This document shows, piece by piece, positions 14,801 to 25,300 of a stretch of 64,000 bases of DNA (its first letter is position 1; each line of letters starts with the position of its first letter). The notes beneath the pieces are model-generated. The model searched no databases. It was not told the origin of the DNA and saw nothing but the letters and a program-made list of their open reading frames with translations. Origin of the DNA: Tubiluchus corallicola (lineage: Eukaryota > Animalia > Priapulida); the NCBI GenBank assembly GCA_030141605.1, contig JAQGDQ010000042.1, positions 62,001 through 126,000 on the forward strand. The letters are read 5' to 3'. Position numbers and translations under genes: made by a program.

Positions 14801-15432
14801 CCATCTGGTTATGAAACTGTACATACCATTGCACAGTATCTGGTTACGAAAGTGCTTTCACAATACCTGTATTTATATCAGTCACACTGATGTTACAGGT
14901 CATAATGTGAGCAAAACCACCGTAAAGTATTAAATAATATACCTTTGAAGATATTAATAATTACTTATGAAAACACTTAAAATGAGGAAAAACACTGAAG
15001 ATGTTTTTTGATATAATACGAAAGTCAGATCTTTTAAAGAAAAATAACCTTTCTAGCTCTATATTTTATTTGAGTGATTTCCTAAAAATTTAATGGTTGC
15101 TGTACAGTGGTGGCAAATTTATATAGAATGTGTGACATTCATGCTGCTAAATATTAAACTAACTTTATCTCAAAAAGACCACAGTGCACAGTGGGATCGA
15201 TCTTATAGTTGAAGCATGCATTGCTGATATCAACGTCTCCCAAAGACTGTCGATCATTTGGGTTGCGATAAATGAACAGCTTGCATCTAGCATCATCAAA
15301 TATCAACCAGCGCTTCTTGAAAATTGTTACTAATCCAACTTTAGCAGCGACTTTTAGCCATCCACAGAGTTGTGAGTCTTTTGGAGATTTGGCACCTAGT
15401 GGCTCTGGTGACTGAACATCAGTCTCTTCCAT
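1138..15432 (-). CDS. TBC1D2B: TBC1D2/TBC1D2B-like Rab GTPase-activating protein (PH, coiled-coil, TBC domains); multi-exon, 3' part outside window
   Basis: Exons with GT-AG ends and consistent phases: 15432-15164, 14363-14204, 14101-13873, 13011-12809, 12019-11892, 10621-10487, 9187-9112, 7823-7653, 6831-6725, 6229-6144, 5286-5181, 4448-4310, 3340-3195, 2676-2565, 2478-2347, 1275-1138. PH domain (LCGWLK...KKRWLIFD...MYWLQELQ), NQFLNKEVLEL, KYDEYGF, and TBC motifs IEMDLLRTLP, IGYCQGLNRLAAIALLFL, EESFWCLVAIVE. Start codon uncertain: an acceptor precedes 15453 and the frame is open upstream of the ATG. Confidence 0.88.
5506..5590 (+). repeat. Degenerate (GTTAT)n pentanucleotide repeat
   Basis: gttatgttatgttatgttatgct core with diverged flanking units. 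Confidence 0.8.
5798..5843 (+). repeat. (CAT)n microsatellite
   Basis: About 15 CAT units with one CAC interruption. Confidence 0.95.
6900..7012 (+). repeat. Degenerate (TTAGA/TTAGG)n pentanucleotide repeat
   Basis: Mixed ttaga, ttagg and ctagg units. Confidence 0.8.
7981..8646. mobile_element. Putative MITE with imperfect TIRs
   Basis: Left agggctgacaataaaaatatttct resembles the reverse complement of right agaaacattttttgtggccagcct. Confidence 0.4.
9363..9995. mobile_element. hAT/Ac-like MITE with ATCG-rich subterminal repeats
   Basis: Left end TAGGGATGTTAAT, right end ATTAACATCATA; dense tatcg/atcgt motifs near both ends in otherwise CpG-poor DNA. No clear TSD. Confidence 0.6.
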
Positions 15433-15827
15433 TAGAATATTGTTGCTGTTCAACTAAATAAATACTTTACAGCTTACAGCTCTCCACATAAGCCAATAAA
15501 CTGGCACATCTTCTTTTCACCAAACACATAACTTCTGTATTTTTCCCTATTGAAAAAAATGACACATCGTTTAACCATTCATTAAACAGTAAGGTGCAGG
15601 CAGATATACAATGCAGAATATCATCTGCCTTATATTGAAAAATATCTATTTCCATTTGTTCACTTAGAGCTCCCCATTCTATGTCGACTAAGTTGTCACA
15701 AGTGTTGCACAAATAGACAAAGTTGCTGCTGAAATAGGACTAAAAATGTGGTTTGAAAAGTTATTAACTACTCCATGGTTAAAAGGTACAGGGATTGCAA
15801 AAACAATATAGCATTTGATATAATTTG

Positions 15828-16190
15828 GATGAACGACACATGGGGAGCTGAACTGCTTGTCAAAGCCAGGGTTAGTGCATTTGGAGGTGGAAAAACATCA
15901 AGCAGTTACTTTAGTAAGAGACATAATGGTAAAAAGGAGTATCATAAAGTTTTAACTAAAACATAAAATATGCAGTAAGGCAATAAAAGGATAACATAAC
16001 GTTAAACATTGTGTAATGACTAAAGCATTTTTATTAGTACAAAGCGCCTGCACCTTATAAATTGGATATATGTTTGTGTAAAAATATGTTTTTATATTAG
16101 CAAGTTCAAACTAGCAGCCCAGCAATTCGTTGTCACTCGCCCTGATATAAAACTTAAAAGGGATTTAGGCACCGGATGATTGGATGTTGC
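15828..16190 (+). mobile_element. 3' end of a non-LTR retrotransposon (same family as 22550-23580), internally deleted
   Basis: Shares MNDTWGAELLVKARV-coding DNA, ggacataatggt and the terminus ctcgccctgatataaaa...agggatttaggcaccgga with the copy in PIGB intron 1. Confidence 0.75.
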
Positions 16191-16460
16191 ATTACCCAAA
16201 GAAATGCTGTATTTTTTATCTCCCTTGCAGCATTACGATAGCTGTAAACCTAACATGTCTGAAAACATAAATTGGTAAGTTTTATGAGATAATTCCTGAC
16301 TAGGACAATCAAACGGTATGACGGCGACGGTATGTTTTAGGTAAGTATATAAATTTTAGGTAAGTACGGGAAATCTTTCTAATTATCTCGTTCCCGGTGG
16401 CAGGGGTGCCTTAATGTGATATTCCTCATTGCCGCAGCATTCCTGGCAACAAACTGTTAC
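16190..16460. promoter_or_regulatory. Putative shared promoter / 5' UTR exon region of BBS9 and the TBC1D2-like gene
   Basis: CpG-containing block between the divergent genes. Three + strand GTAAGT donors (16275, 16341, 16360) upstream of the BBS9 acceptor at 17900; RFX half-site TGGCAAC at 16444-16450. Confidence 0.45.
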
Positions 16461-17158
16461 AAACAATCAAAGTCTATCTGAAAGAGTTTATTATAGAATT
16501 TATAGTAAATATTGTATTTTGTAGTCGGTCACCCATTTTAATCTTTTTACAGCACTTCACTATTTATTGTACCATAATTGCTAAAGAACAAAATAAATAA
16601 ACTCTACTTAAACTTGTGTGATTTCACTGATTTATAGTACTAGTAGTACTGAGTATAATCTATTGAAATTCATATTTTCGCATAGACCGCCAGTTACGGA
16701 ACCCCCGGTTGGATGATAAAATCCTCGTCCTGTTATACTGCTGTATAGTCATTATATCTTGGCAAGTGACTATGGCAAAAGGCTTCTGGGTGTTCCTGTA
16801 AGAACTATGTTTTGCGTTGTGCGAAATCATTTTAATAATAAATTATTAGTAGTTTTGTAAACTGTAATTTTAAACGGCCTTGTAGAACCCAAGGACGTTT
16901 TTAATGTCGATGCAGATGGTACATTGCACCATTGGCCCTTTAAAATGAAGTCAGTAGTGCTATACCATAGGCAAATTACAGAATCAATTGTTTTAGGCCT
17001 ATATAATAATACATAAGTTTTATAACACAGAATTTATAAGTCACTCGGCAATATGGCAAAATTTATGCACGTGAAAGAAAATCCTAGACGTTTGGACATT
17101 TTACTAATAATGAACATTTTGCGTCATAACTTAGGTGAGATTTGTTTTTGACGACATA

Positions 17159-17674
17159 TAGTAAGACCTCGCTTAACGATGCTAGTGCGTTCTAGCAAAA
17201 TGCGACATTAAGCAAAGCATTGTTAAAAAATGCTAAGCAAGTAACGTAAAAGCACTGAGACACGTTCCATAGGCAAGAAATCAATGCTACTTAATTAGTC
17301 TAGATACTGGTTGTTATCTATAGCAACAGGTTGCAGGCAAAATTCCTGGAGGCATTTAAATCTCAAATACATCTCACTTTATTCAACTTACTAGCATTTA
17401 GCAGTCAGTCAGAAGGCAAAATCTTAAATCATAATTGCACTGTTTTATATTATTATTGCATTTTTAGAACAGAAAAACACAATATGTATTTTGTTAGTGC
17501 TTCAAATTAGGTAAAAATGTTGTTGATAAAATAGAAAATGGCTTTGAACAAAAGAAAACAATGGTCATTAAAATGAAACATGCGTTGTTAATTGAGAAAA
17601 AGTTGCCAAATGTTTAGCATCGTTAAAACAAAATGTTGCTAAACGAGGAGTTGTTTAAAAGCGAGGATGCACAG
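17159..17674. mobile_element. Putative pogo/Tigger-type MITE in the BBS9 5' UTR intron
   Basis: Left ta|tagtaagacctcgcttaacg; right ttaaaagcgaggatgcacag; internal repeated cgttaa/ttaagc motifs. TIRs diverged. Confidence 0.5.
17313..17327 (+). promoter_or_regulatory. RFX X-box-like motif GTTATCTATAGCAAC
   Basis: Matches the palindromic X-box pattern GTT...RGYAAC, about 635 bp upstream of the ATG of ciliary gene BBS9. Confidence 0.45.
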
Positions 17675-17961
17675 CATTTATTTCTTGCACAACATTAAAC
17701 ACTGTGATTAATATTGAGACTAAAGCAATGAATGTGAGTTATGTTTGAGACTAGCTAATTAGCCTCTGTGCTTACCAAGGCATTGAAGTTAAGCAACGTT
17801 TAGCCTAATTAATAAATGGATGGATGATTGTCATAGGAGGTGGGCATCTAACATTAACTGCAGCAATTGTTAACAATGATGCTTTTCTCTTTTTTTTCAG
17901 GTTGAGGACACACTGCTTTGTTTAGTGATGGTAACAAGGAATAGGTAAAAAATCTGCTCAG

Positions 17962-20706
17962 ATGTCACTATTTAAAGCAAGAGATTGGTGGTCAACTACA
18001 GCTGGCATTAATGAAGAATATGATGCAGGGTGTCTGTGTCTTGGAAATATTGATAATGGCCGTGACTTTCAAGATAAGATCACAGTTGGAAGCTTTTCCG
18101 GAATTTTGCGCATATATTCGCCTATGCCGGAGAAATCAGAGTCAGGACTATCGGCTGGTTTTAAACCGGAAGATTTGTTGATTGAACATCAATTAAATAA
18201 TCCTATCTTACAACTGGCTGCTGGAAGATTTGTAAGTGCAAATGATTACATTCATTTAGCTGTCTTACATCCACGAAAGGTTTCAGTTTATGCAGTTTTG
18301 CTAACTGAGGGCTTAGTAGGTCATGGACATCAGCATCAGATCAAACTCGTGTACGAGCATACTTTGCAACGTACAGCATTTTGCATGGAGAAAGGTCCAT
18401 TTGGAGGTGTTGCTGGTCGTGACTTCATTTGTTTGCAGTCCATGGATGGAGTTTTGTCTATATTTGAACAAGAAACATTTGCATTCAGTCGCTTTTTACC
18501 TGGATTTTTGATGGCTGGTGTAGTAAAATATGTACAAAGAACAGATTCATTCGTGACTGTCTCATCAAGTTGGCAAGTTGAATCGTACAGGTATCAAGCT
18601 TTGGCTGTTGCTAGTGATGGATCTCAAGAAGAGTCTCAAAAGATCTCAAGTGGAAAACGCCTAACTGCTGATTGGTCTTTCAACATTGGAGAAGCAGCTA
18701 TGGACATTGCAGTTGTAACAAATCCACCTTCAATTCTCATACTTGGAGAAAGGAACATACATTGTGTAACTGATACTGGAAAACTAAAGTTTATGTACAA
18801 ATTAGATTACAATCCTAGCTGCATTTATCCATATTCTTCATCATCGGATGGCAAGATTAGTTACTTGATTGGCACACATTCCAAAACTTTGATGGTGTAT
18901 GAAGATATTAGGTTGAAATGGACTTCACAGTTACCTCATGCACCTGTTGCAGTAAGAACAGCACACTTCCAAAACTTACAAGGACTTATAGTTAGTCTGG
19001 ATGATTCCGGTAGTTTGCAGTGCAGCTATCTTGGAACAGATCCATCTGTATTTGTTGCGCCAGCAGTAGAGTCTCGTGATATTGACTACAACCAGCAAGA
19101 CTCTGAAATGAAAGAATTAAGCAAGATCATCCGTTCATCAATGAAAGGTAAAGAGTTCTTGTCAACAGCTGCTGATGATAAGGGGCTAGAGATACTTGTT
19201 GATGTACCTAACGAGTTAGATGAATATTCTGTTGCTCAGGAAACTGAAATTGAAGTTCAGGACGACGAATTCATTCCGTCCATTTCTGTGAGAATTTGTC
19301 TCCGCTGCCACATCCCAGTGAAAAATGTTTTACTAAGTATTAAAGCCCCGCCACCTATTGTGGCCAGTAAGACTATTTTTAAATTTGACTCAGTTGATAA
19401 CATGAATACAATAGTAGGATTCTACCTTTATTATACAACTATACCTTACTCCCTTACAGCTTCTGCAGTTGTAAATTACACATTACCAAGTCTAGCACCA
19501 CGGGTAACAGTGAAAGAAATTGATTTACCTTTGAGTTTAGTGATGAAACCTGTGACCCCTATTAAAAACAATTTATTGAAAGTGACACTTGATACAAACA
19601 AATCTGTTGCCAATTTAAATGATGTATTTCCCGAGTTACTGGGACCAAATGCTGAAGGTGCAGGTCAAGCTCTTGGATTCCAGTTTTATGGTGTGAACCC
19701 TGAAAAAGCACCTGTAACATTACTGGCTTCAAAGCAGTCCCAAAAATACAGAGTGCAATCAGATACTTTGGAATGCTTGTGGCTTCCCATGAAAGAATTG
19801 ATGGACCGGCTTTCGCATAGATTTATTCGTGGATCTGGCAAATCGGACTTTAAGGCTAGTTATTCTGGAGGACCTCCACTAACAGAGTACTTCAAATTGA
19901 CTAAACAACATTTCCAGTATCGCCTTTTGTTGGAGAGACACAAAGTAGTACTCACACAAATGGCTTCGCAGTTTCGAGCAATACAGCGCCGTTTGTTAAC
20001 AAGGTTCAAAGACAAAACTCCATCACCGCTTCATAATCTAGATACATTATTAGAAGGAACCTATCACCAAATGGTAGCTTTGTCAGAGGTATACGAAAAA
20101 ACGGAATCAGAGATGAAACATTCTGCATCCAGCTTGAGCAGCGCAACCAACTTGTTGTGCTTCTTGTTTCAGCTGTCGCACAATTTATCACAAGACGAAG
20201 CAGAGATCTTGGAAGCTTGTTTCTCTCCAGAGATTCACTTTTCAGATACCCAGGGTTGGGAGGAGATGGTTGATGCTTCTCTAACGCACTTACTGCGCAC
20301 TTGTTTGTCAAAATCTGTTAAAGATGCTAGTCTAGGTGGTCTTAGTGAGCTTTCTCCAATGACAGATTTGTCGAAACTCCATAAACACATTGCATTACTA
20401 AGTGACCGCCTAAGTAAAGATGGCCACCTCAGTTTAGCTTCTAAAACAGCTCATGAATCCATGGATGATGATGATGAAAATTTGGAAATTGGATCTGGTG
20501 AAAAAGTGCTTGAAGATCTTAATGACACTGTCCCCCCAGGGAGCAAAATTGGTGAAAACAATTTGAAATTATTCAAGAAAGAAAGATCACCAAACCAATA
20601 TGATGACTTTGGAAGTTCAGCACTGAACTCATCATCTGAATTATATCGTCAGAGCAGCACCAGTCATGTAAATGAGAGTGACATACTAAACCTCCCTGAA
20701 TTCTAA
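17962..20706 (+). CDS. BBS9: BBS9/PTHB1 BBSome subunit, 914 aa, uninterrupted CDS
   Basis: N-terminus MSLFKARDWWST, GSFSGILRIY, LAVLHPRK, QSMDG, SYLGTDPS, QFRAIQRRLLTRFKDKTP and QGWEE are PTHB1 signatures. Strong acceptor (ttttctcttttttttcag) ends at 17900, implying a 5' UTR intron. Confidence 0.96.
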   Translation: MSLFKARDWWSTTAGINEEYDAGCLCLGNIDNGRDFQDKITVGSFSGILRIYSPMPEKSESGLSAGFKPEDLLIEHQLNNPILQLAAGRFVSANDYIHLAVLHPRKVSVYAVLLTEGLVGHGHQHQIKLVYEHTLQRTAFCMEKGPFGGVAGRDFICLQSMDGVLSIFEQETFAFSRFLPGFLMAGVVKYVQRTDSFVTVSSSWQVESYRYQALAVASDGSQEESQKISSGKRLTADWSFNIGEAAMDIAVVTNPPSILILGERNIHCVTDTGKLKFMYKLDYNPSCIYPYSSSSDGKISYLIGTHSKTLMVYEDIRLKWTSQLPHAPVAVRTAHFQNLQGLIVSLDDSGSLQCSYLGTDPSVFVAPAVESRDIDYNQQDSEMKELSKIIRSSMKGKEFLSTAADDKGLEILVDVPNELDEYSVAQETEIEVQDDEFIPSISVRICLRCHIPVKNVLLSIKAPPPIVASKTIFKFDSVDNMNTIVGFYLYYTTIPYSLTASAVVNYTLPSLAPRVTVKEIDLPLSLVMKPVTPIKNNLLKVTLDTNKSVANLNDVFPELLGPNAEGAGQALGFQFYGVNPEKAPVTLLASKQSQKYRVQSDTLECLWLPMKELMDRLSHRFIRGSGKSDFKASYSGGPPLTEYFKLTKQHFQYRLLLERHKVVLTQMASQFRAIQRRLLTRFKDKTPSPLHNLDTLLEGTYHQMVALSEVYEKTESEMKHSASSLSSATNLLCFLFQLSHNLSQDEAEILEACFSPEIHFSDTQGWEEMVDASLTHLLRTCLSKSVKDASLGGLSELSPMTDLSKLHKHIALLSDRLSKDGHLSLASKTAHESMDDDDENLEIGSGEKVLEDLNDTVPPGSKIGENNLKLFKKERSPNQYDDFGSSALNSSSELYRQSSTSHVNESDILNLPEF

Positions 20707-22360
20707 GTTTGCATATTTCAGTATAGTTTCAATTTCAATTAATGCTACTTATAACTTATCAATGTTACTGGAGCTGTCCCTTACTTAATCGGTACCGTGT
20801 AGCAGTTATCATGCGCTACTATTCGCTGCATGTCTGCCATTTTAAAGGCATTGTTTGTTTATGTTTGTGGTCTCATAGTTGTTGCCGGCCAGTAATAATC
20901 TGTTTTGCAATGCAAACATGCTTTTACAAGTGTTTACCTGAGTAATGATACATTTTGTCTTGGGTACATTTAGTTTGCGCCATTACTTGCATAAATGCCA
21001 GAAATAATGATGCTTGTAATTGCTGCCAGATACTATTGAAGTAAAATAATGATCGTTAGCATTTTCATGATTTTAAATTGTGCTATTGTTTGGGCAATGA
21101 GAAACAAAAGCACACTACTAGAAGAATTTTTGCTTGTCTTAGGGTGTTATAGTAGTTCCTTTAGTACATTAGTTCTTTTGCAGACAACAATTTTCATGTG
21201 CCCACATTTTTAGTGCAGTTTATTGGAACCACTGAATATTACCTTTTGTAGATTTTGTTTACCATGATTATTTATAAATATAAATTATGATTATTAATTT
21301 ATAATAGGGAACTGCAAATCTGATATGATTGTTTTTAACGTTTAATGTGTGTGTCTTCATTTTCTAGTTATTCTGCTAGACTGCTACCACTTCTGTACTT
21401 TGTGAAATAAATTGGCTGTATAAAAAGTATTTATGCTATTTGCTGAGTTCTTTTAGTGCAATATTTACGTTTGATACTAATATTAAGTCATATCATTGCT
21501 AAAAGGATTAGTTTTAGATGCTGAGGAAATTGCTTTCATCCTCCTTTTCATTTGGTTCTTTATTTCGATTCTCAAGAAGTGATTTTATAATCATGTTTCA
21601 GTATTTCTTATGATTGATGGAAATCAATTATGGAAAAATGATATCTCTATGTGTTGCCAGTGTTTGATTGTAAGAGTTGCATCAAATATTGCTGCAAGGC
21701 AGTTTTGGAATTTATTTTTTTAACAGTGAGATCATTTGGTCATTAACAAACTTTTTTACCAAACAATTGCTAATTACTCACTTGATTTTAATTTATATTA
21801 CAATATTTGATCTGTATTAAGTGCAATATTAGTTTTTAGTACCAATAACAAGATCTCTATTTGCATCAACAGTAATGCCATTTTCATCATTCTGTTATTG
21901 ATTTCACCTGTCGCAGATGACCCGCTGACACTTTTGTAATTTGGCTTTACTAGAAATAAGGTCATGAATTTGCTTGCTACTTAACTTAATTGAAATAACT
22001 GTTTTAGTATTTTTGTCTTGTTTGAATTTAATAGTTGCTTATTTTTATTTATCGTGCTGTAAGATCGTGTCCTTGTTTTTTTATTACGAATATACAGCAT
22101 GAATGACTATTTCTGTCTTGTGTTAGCATCAACACTATATGTTTTTGTTGTAAAAATAAGGTTTTCTAAATTCGATCTGACAGCTTCGTTATACAACCTT
22201 GACTATAGTACATAGACACGCAGAACCAATCGTTCAGTTGTTTGACTTGGCTAAGCACCGGAATTAAAAAAGCTGTACGAAAATTGCGAAGATTTCTTTT
22301 ATTGGGGTTTGTCTACCGCCTGGATTCCGCCAAAGTTCAATTTGTAACTTTCTCCTCAAA

Positions 22361-25300
22361 ATGTTTTTTTATGGAAAACTTAATTTGTTTTTTGCACTTC
22401 TTGCTTTTAGAGGGCTTTCAGCCTTTTTCGTTTCCACTTTCTATGTGGCAGATGAATTTTGGCAATGTGGAGAAGTGGCACATGTCATGGCTTTTGGGTA
22501 TCCTTCTAATCTATCTCATCCTCATATCTGAAATATTAAAAAAAGAGCTCAACTCTGTCATTTTGACAAAAAGTATACCAGTATCATGGAAAACAGGAAC
22601 AATTTCTCTCATTCATAAAAGGAAGAAAAAGAAAAGATTGAAAATTATAGGCCTATAGCTATTAGAGGTAAAGCGGGGTTTTTCATCCTTTGAAGGACGG
22701 GAAGCAAAGGCACGACTAAAATTTTTTAAAAGAATTATATTTATGAGTGATAATCGGTTATTGAAAAAAGTGGTAATATGGGTAGTGACACACAGAATTC
22801 GATCAAAATAGCTGCAAAGAATCAGAAATTTGGGCTTCCGGTATTTGGCAATATTATTGCATTAGGGGAATTAAATGAGGTAGGTCTGAATAAAATTTAT
22901 GATAAACATTTGGGTGAAAAAGCATGGGATGTGCATATAGAGAAAACTATAGCTGAAACAAAATAGGATTAAAAATGTGGAATGAAAAATTCAGTAAATG
23001 TTTGACAGTAGAAAGACATAGAGATTACAAAAGTTGTATATCATTTGAACCCTCGATGAACGATACATGGGGTGCAGAATTGCTTGTCAAAGCTAGGGTT
23101 GGTGCATTAGAAGTATTGGGAAATCCCTTGTATGCTTGGAAAGTAGGTTACTTTGTAAATGTAGTAAAGATATTGAAACTGCAGATCACGTAATATTAAG
23201 TTGTGAATTTTACACACAGATGAGAAACAAGGTCCCTTGGCAAGGAGTAACTGATGAAGAATGCTCGAGATGGCTGTTATTTGGAGAGGGAAAATTTATG
23301 CAGTCTGCCTACTGAAGGACATAATGGTCAAAAGAAGAAGCATAGTGAATGTATAACTTTACAGCTGAAAAGATAAAGAGTAATATATATTTAGCTGTGC
23401 GTAACGGTGGTATAACATTTGTAAACCCAAGTTTGTTTTGTGTTGTTGTAGCATTAGAGCAAGCATATGTGTGCGCCTTAGCGTTTTTGAGTAGAAATCA
23501 GCCTAGTAGTACAATATACATTGCTACTCGCCCTGATATAAAAGGGATTTAGGCACCGGACGGATTGATGGATTGTTGTAGGCAAAACTTATACCTCTTA
23601 TTTCTGGAGAACGGGAACGGGCTGTGGGTGATGCTGGCTGTGGTTAAATAGTCCGTTCAACGGTGGGTGTAGTAGGCATACTTAGAATTCGCGAGAGGGT
23701 CACGGCGTCCCGTGACGGGCGTTTTCTCGGACCCAACTCTCGATTTTTTCGAAATTTTGGTCAAACAACCTGTAGAAAAACCGTTCTAGCGGCGCCTGGT
23801 AGGACTCTTGAAAGGAGATATATAGCTCTCTAGAAAGAGGAAGAACAGGGCTACACGATGATGTGGGCTATATTTTAGTACACGTCCACCAAGAGGAGTG
23901 CTGACGTGTTAATTAAATGTTCTATTTTGGGGAATTTTCGCTTGGAAAACTGCTGACGCAAAGCCATTGTTCTGACGTCATCCATTATACTCTGTTACCT
24001 TATAACTTTACAGTCGTGGCCAAAAGTTTAAGCCCACCTGTGATTACGACGTGAATTTTGAGCTTTTTTGGTATTCAATACCATATATTTTCCCTCATGG
24101 TGGACCGATTCGTACACGCGATGGCTCATTAGGAAGGTAATCGAAAATTGCAAATAAATGTTTGTGTTGCGCATGCACAGGACTTACGAGATGATGACAT
24201 CATCGCATTGGTGACGTCATCGGTATGGTTGCACGAATTGTCTTAGACACGCTCTCGGCAGTAGCTACCTCCCCAGTCGTCTGATTATGCTGGATGGTAA
24301 TTCTAATGATGAGGATGAGTGATCAACTGCGCATGCGCATTTGTCTCCGACTTGATGATGTCATCCTCGCTGTGACATCATCAATGCTTGTTATCCCGTC
24401 GAAACGGTGATTTCATAATTAACTTTGATTCAGAACAGAATTACAGAGATAATGGAATATTTTTATCATCAAACAAGGAACTCATTCGTGGAATCACCAT
24501 GAACATTGCCTTTAAAAAATTCTGCAGCTTCCTTTTCTAGAATGACTTGAAATGTCCTTTTACTGTGTATTAATCACTTCTAAATGCCCAGTTTCAGTAT
24601 TTCGTATGACCTCCACGCGCGTTAATCACAGTGGCTATCCGACTTGGCATGCTGTTAACTAGACTTGTGCAGTATTCTTTGGATAATTGCTGAGTCCAAA
24701 CGAGTTTTATTGCTTTTTCCAGTTCATTTGCACTACTTGGTTGTACGTCTGCCACCTTGTCTATTAAAGCTGTCCATAAATTTTCAATAGGATTCAGGTC
24801 CGGGCTGTTTCCTGGCCACTCTAACGTGCGTACACCCTTCCTCCGTAGGAAATCTGATACGATCCGTGACCGGTGACAGGGTGCACCATCCTGCATAAAG
24901 ATGGAACACTCATGAACCTCCATATGCAGTTGTAGCATATGACGTGGAGGTCATACGAAATACTGAAACCGGGCATTTAGAAGTGATTAATACACAGTAA
25001 TACACAAGCTCAAATTGGGATAATGAGATTGAAACTGAGGAATGAAAATGACTTGAGATATATATGTGTTCGCTATGCATATGTACTATTATGTCAGCAA
25101 AGCAAGAATGCAACAGCTTATATTGGATAAGAACCTTGGACAAGATCTACTTCATTTTTTCTTAATTTTCGATAAACAAAACTTCAAAATTTTTGATATT
25201 ACACTTAGTAAATAAAAGCTCTAAATGCTGCCAACAATGCACAGTGAAAACCACTGGCGAAAAAAGATTTTTTGCTCTAATATTTTGCTTAACTAGTTAA

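Noticed and set aside
16681-16809. Structured ncRNA or ribozyme candidate (small hairpins, GC-richer)
   Set aside because: No hammerhead, snoRNA or snRNA motif set that I can identify. Imperfect CATAG...CTATG ends suggest a small MITE, but there is no convincing TSD.
18323-20311. ORFs 18323-18511 and 20006-20311 inside BBS9
   Set aside because: Off-frame or antisense shadows of the BBS9 CDS.
22242-22658. 138-aa ORF as a gene
   Set aside because: It crosses PIGB exon 1 in the wrong frame and runs into LINE sequence; a chance fusion.
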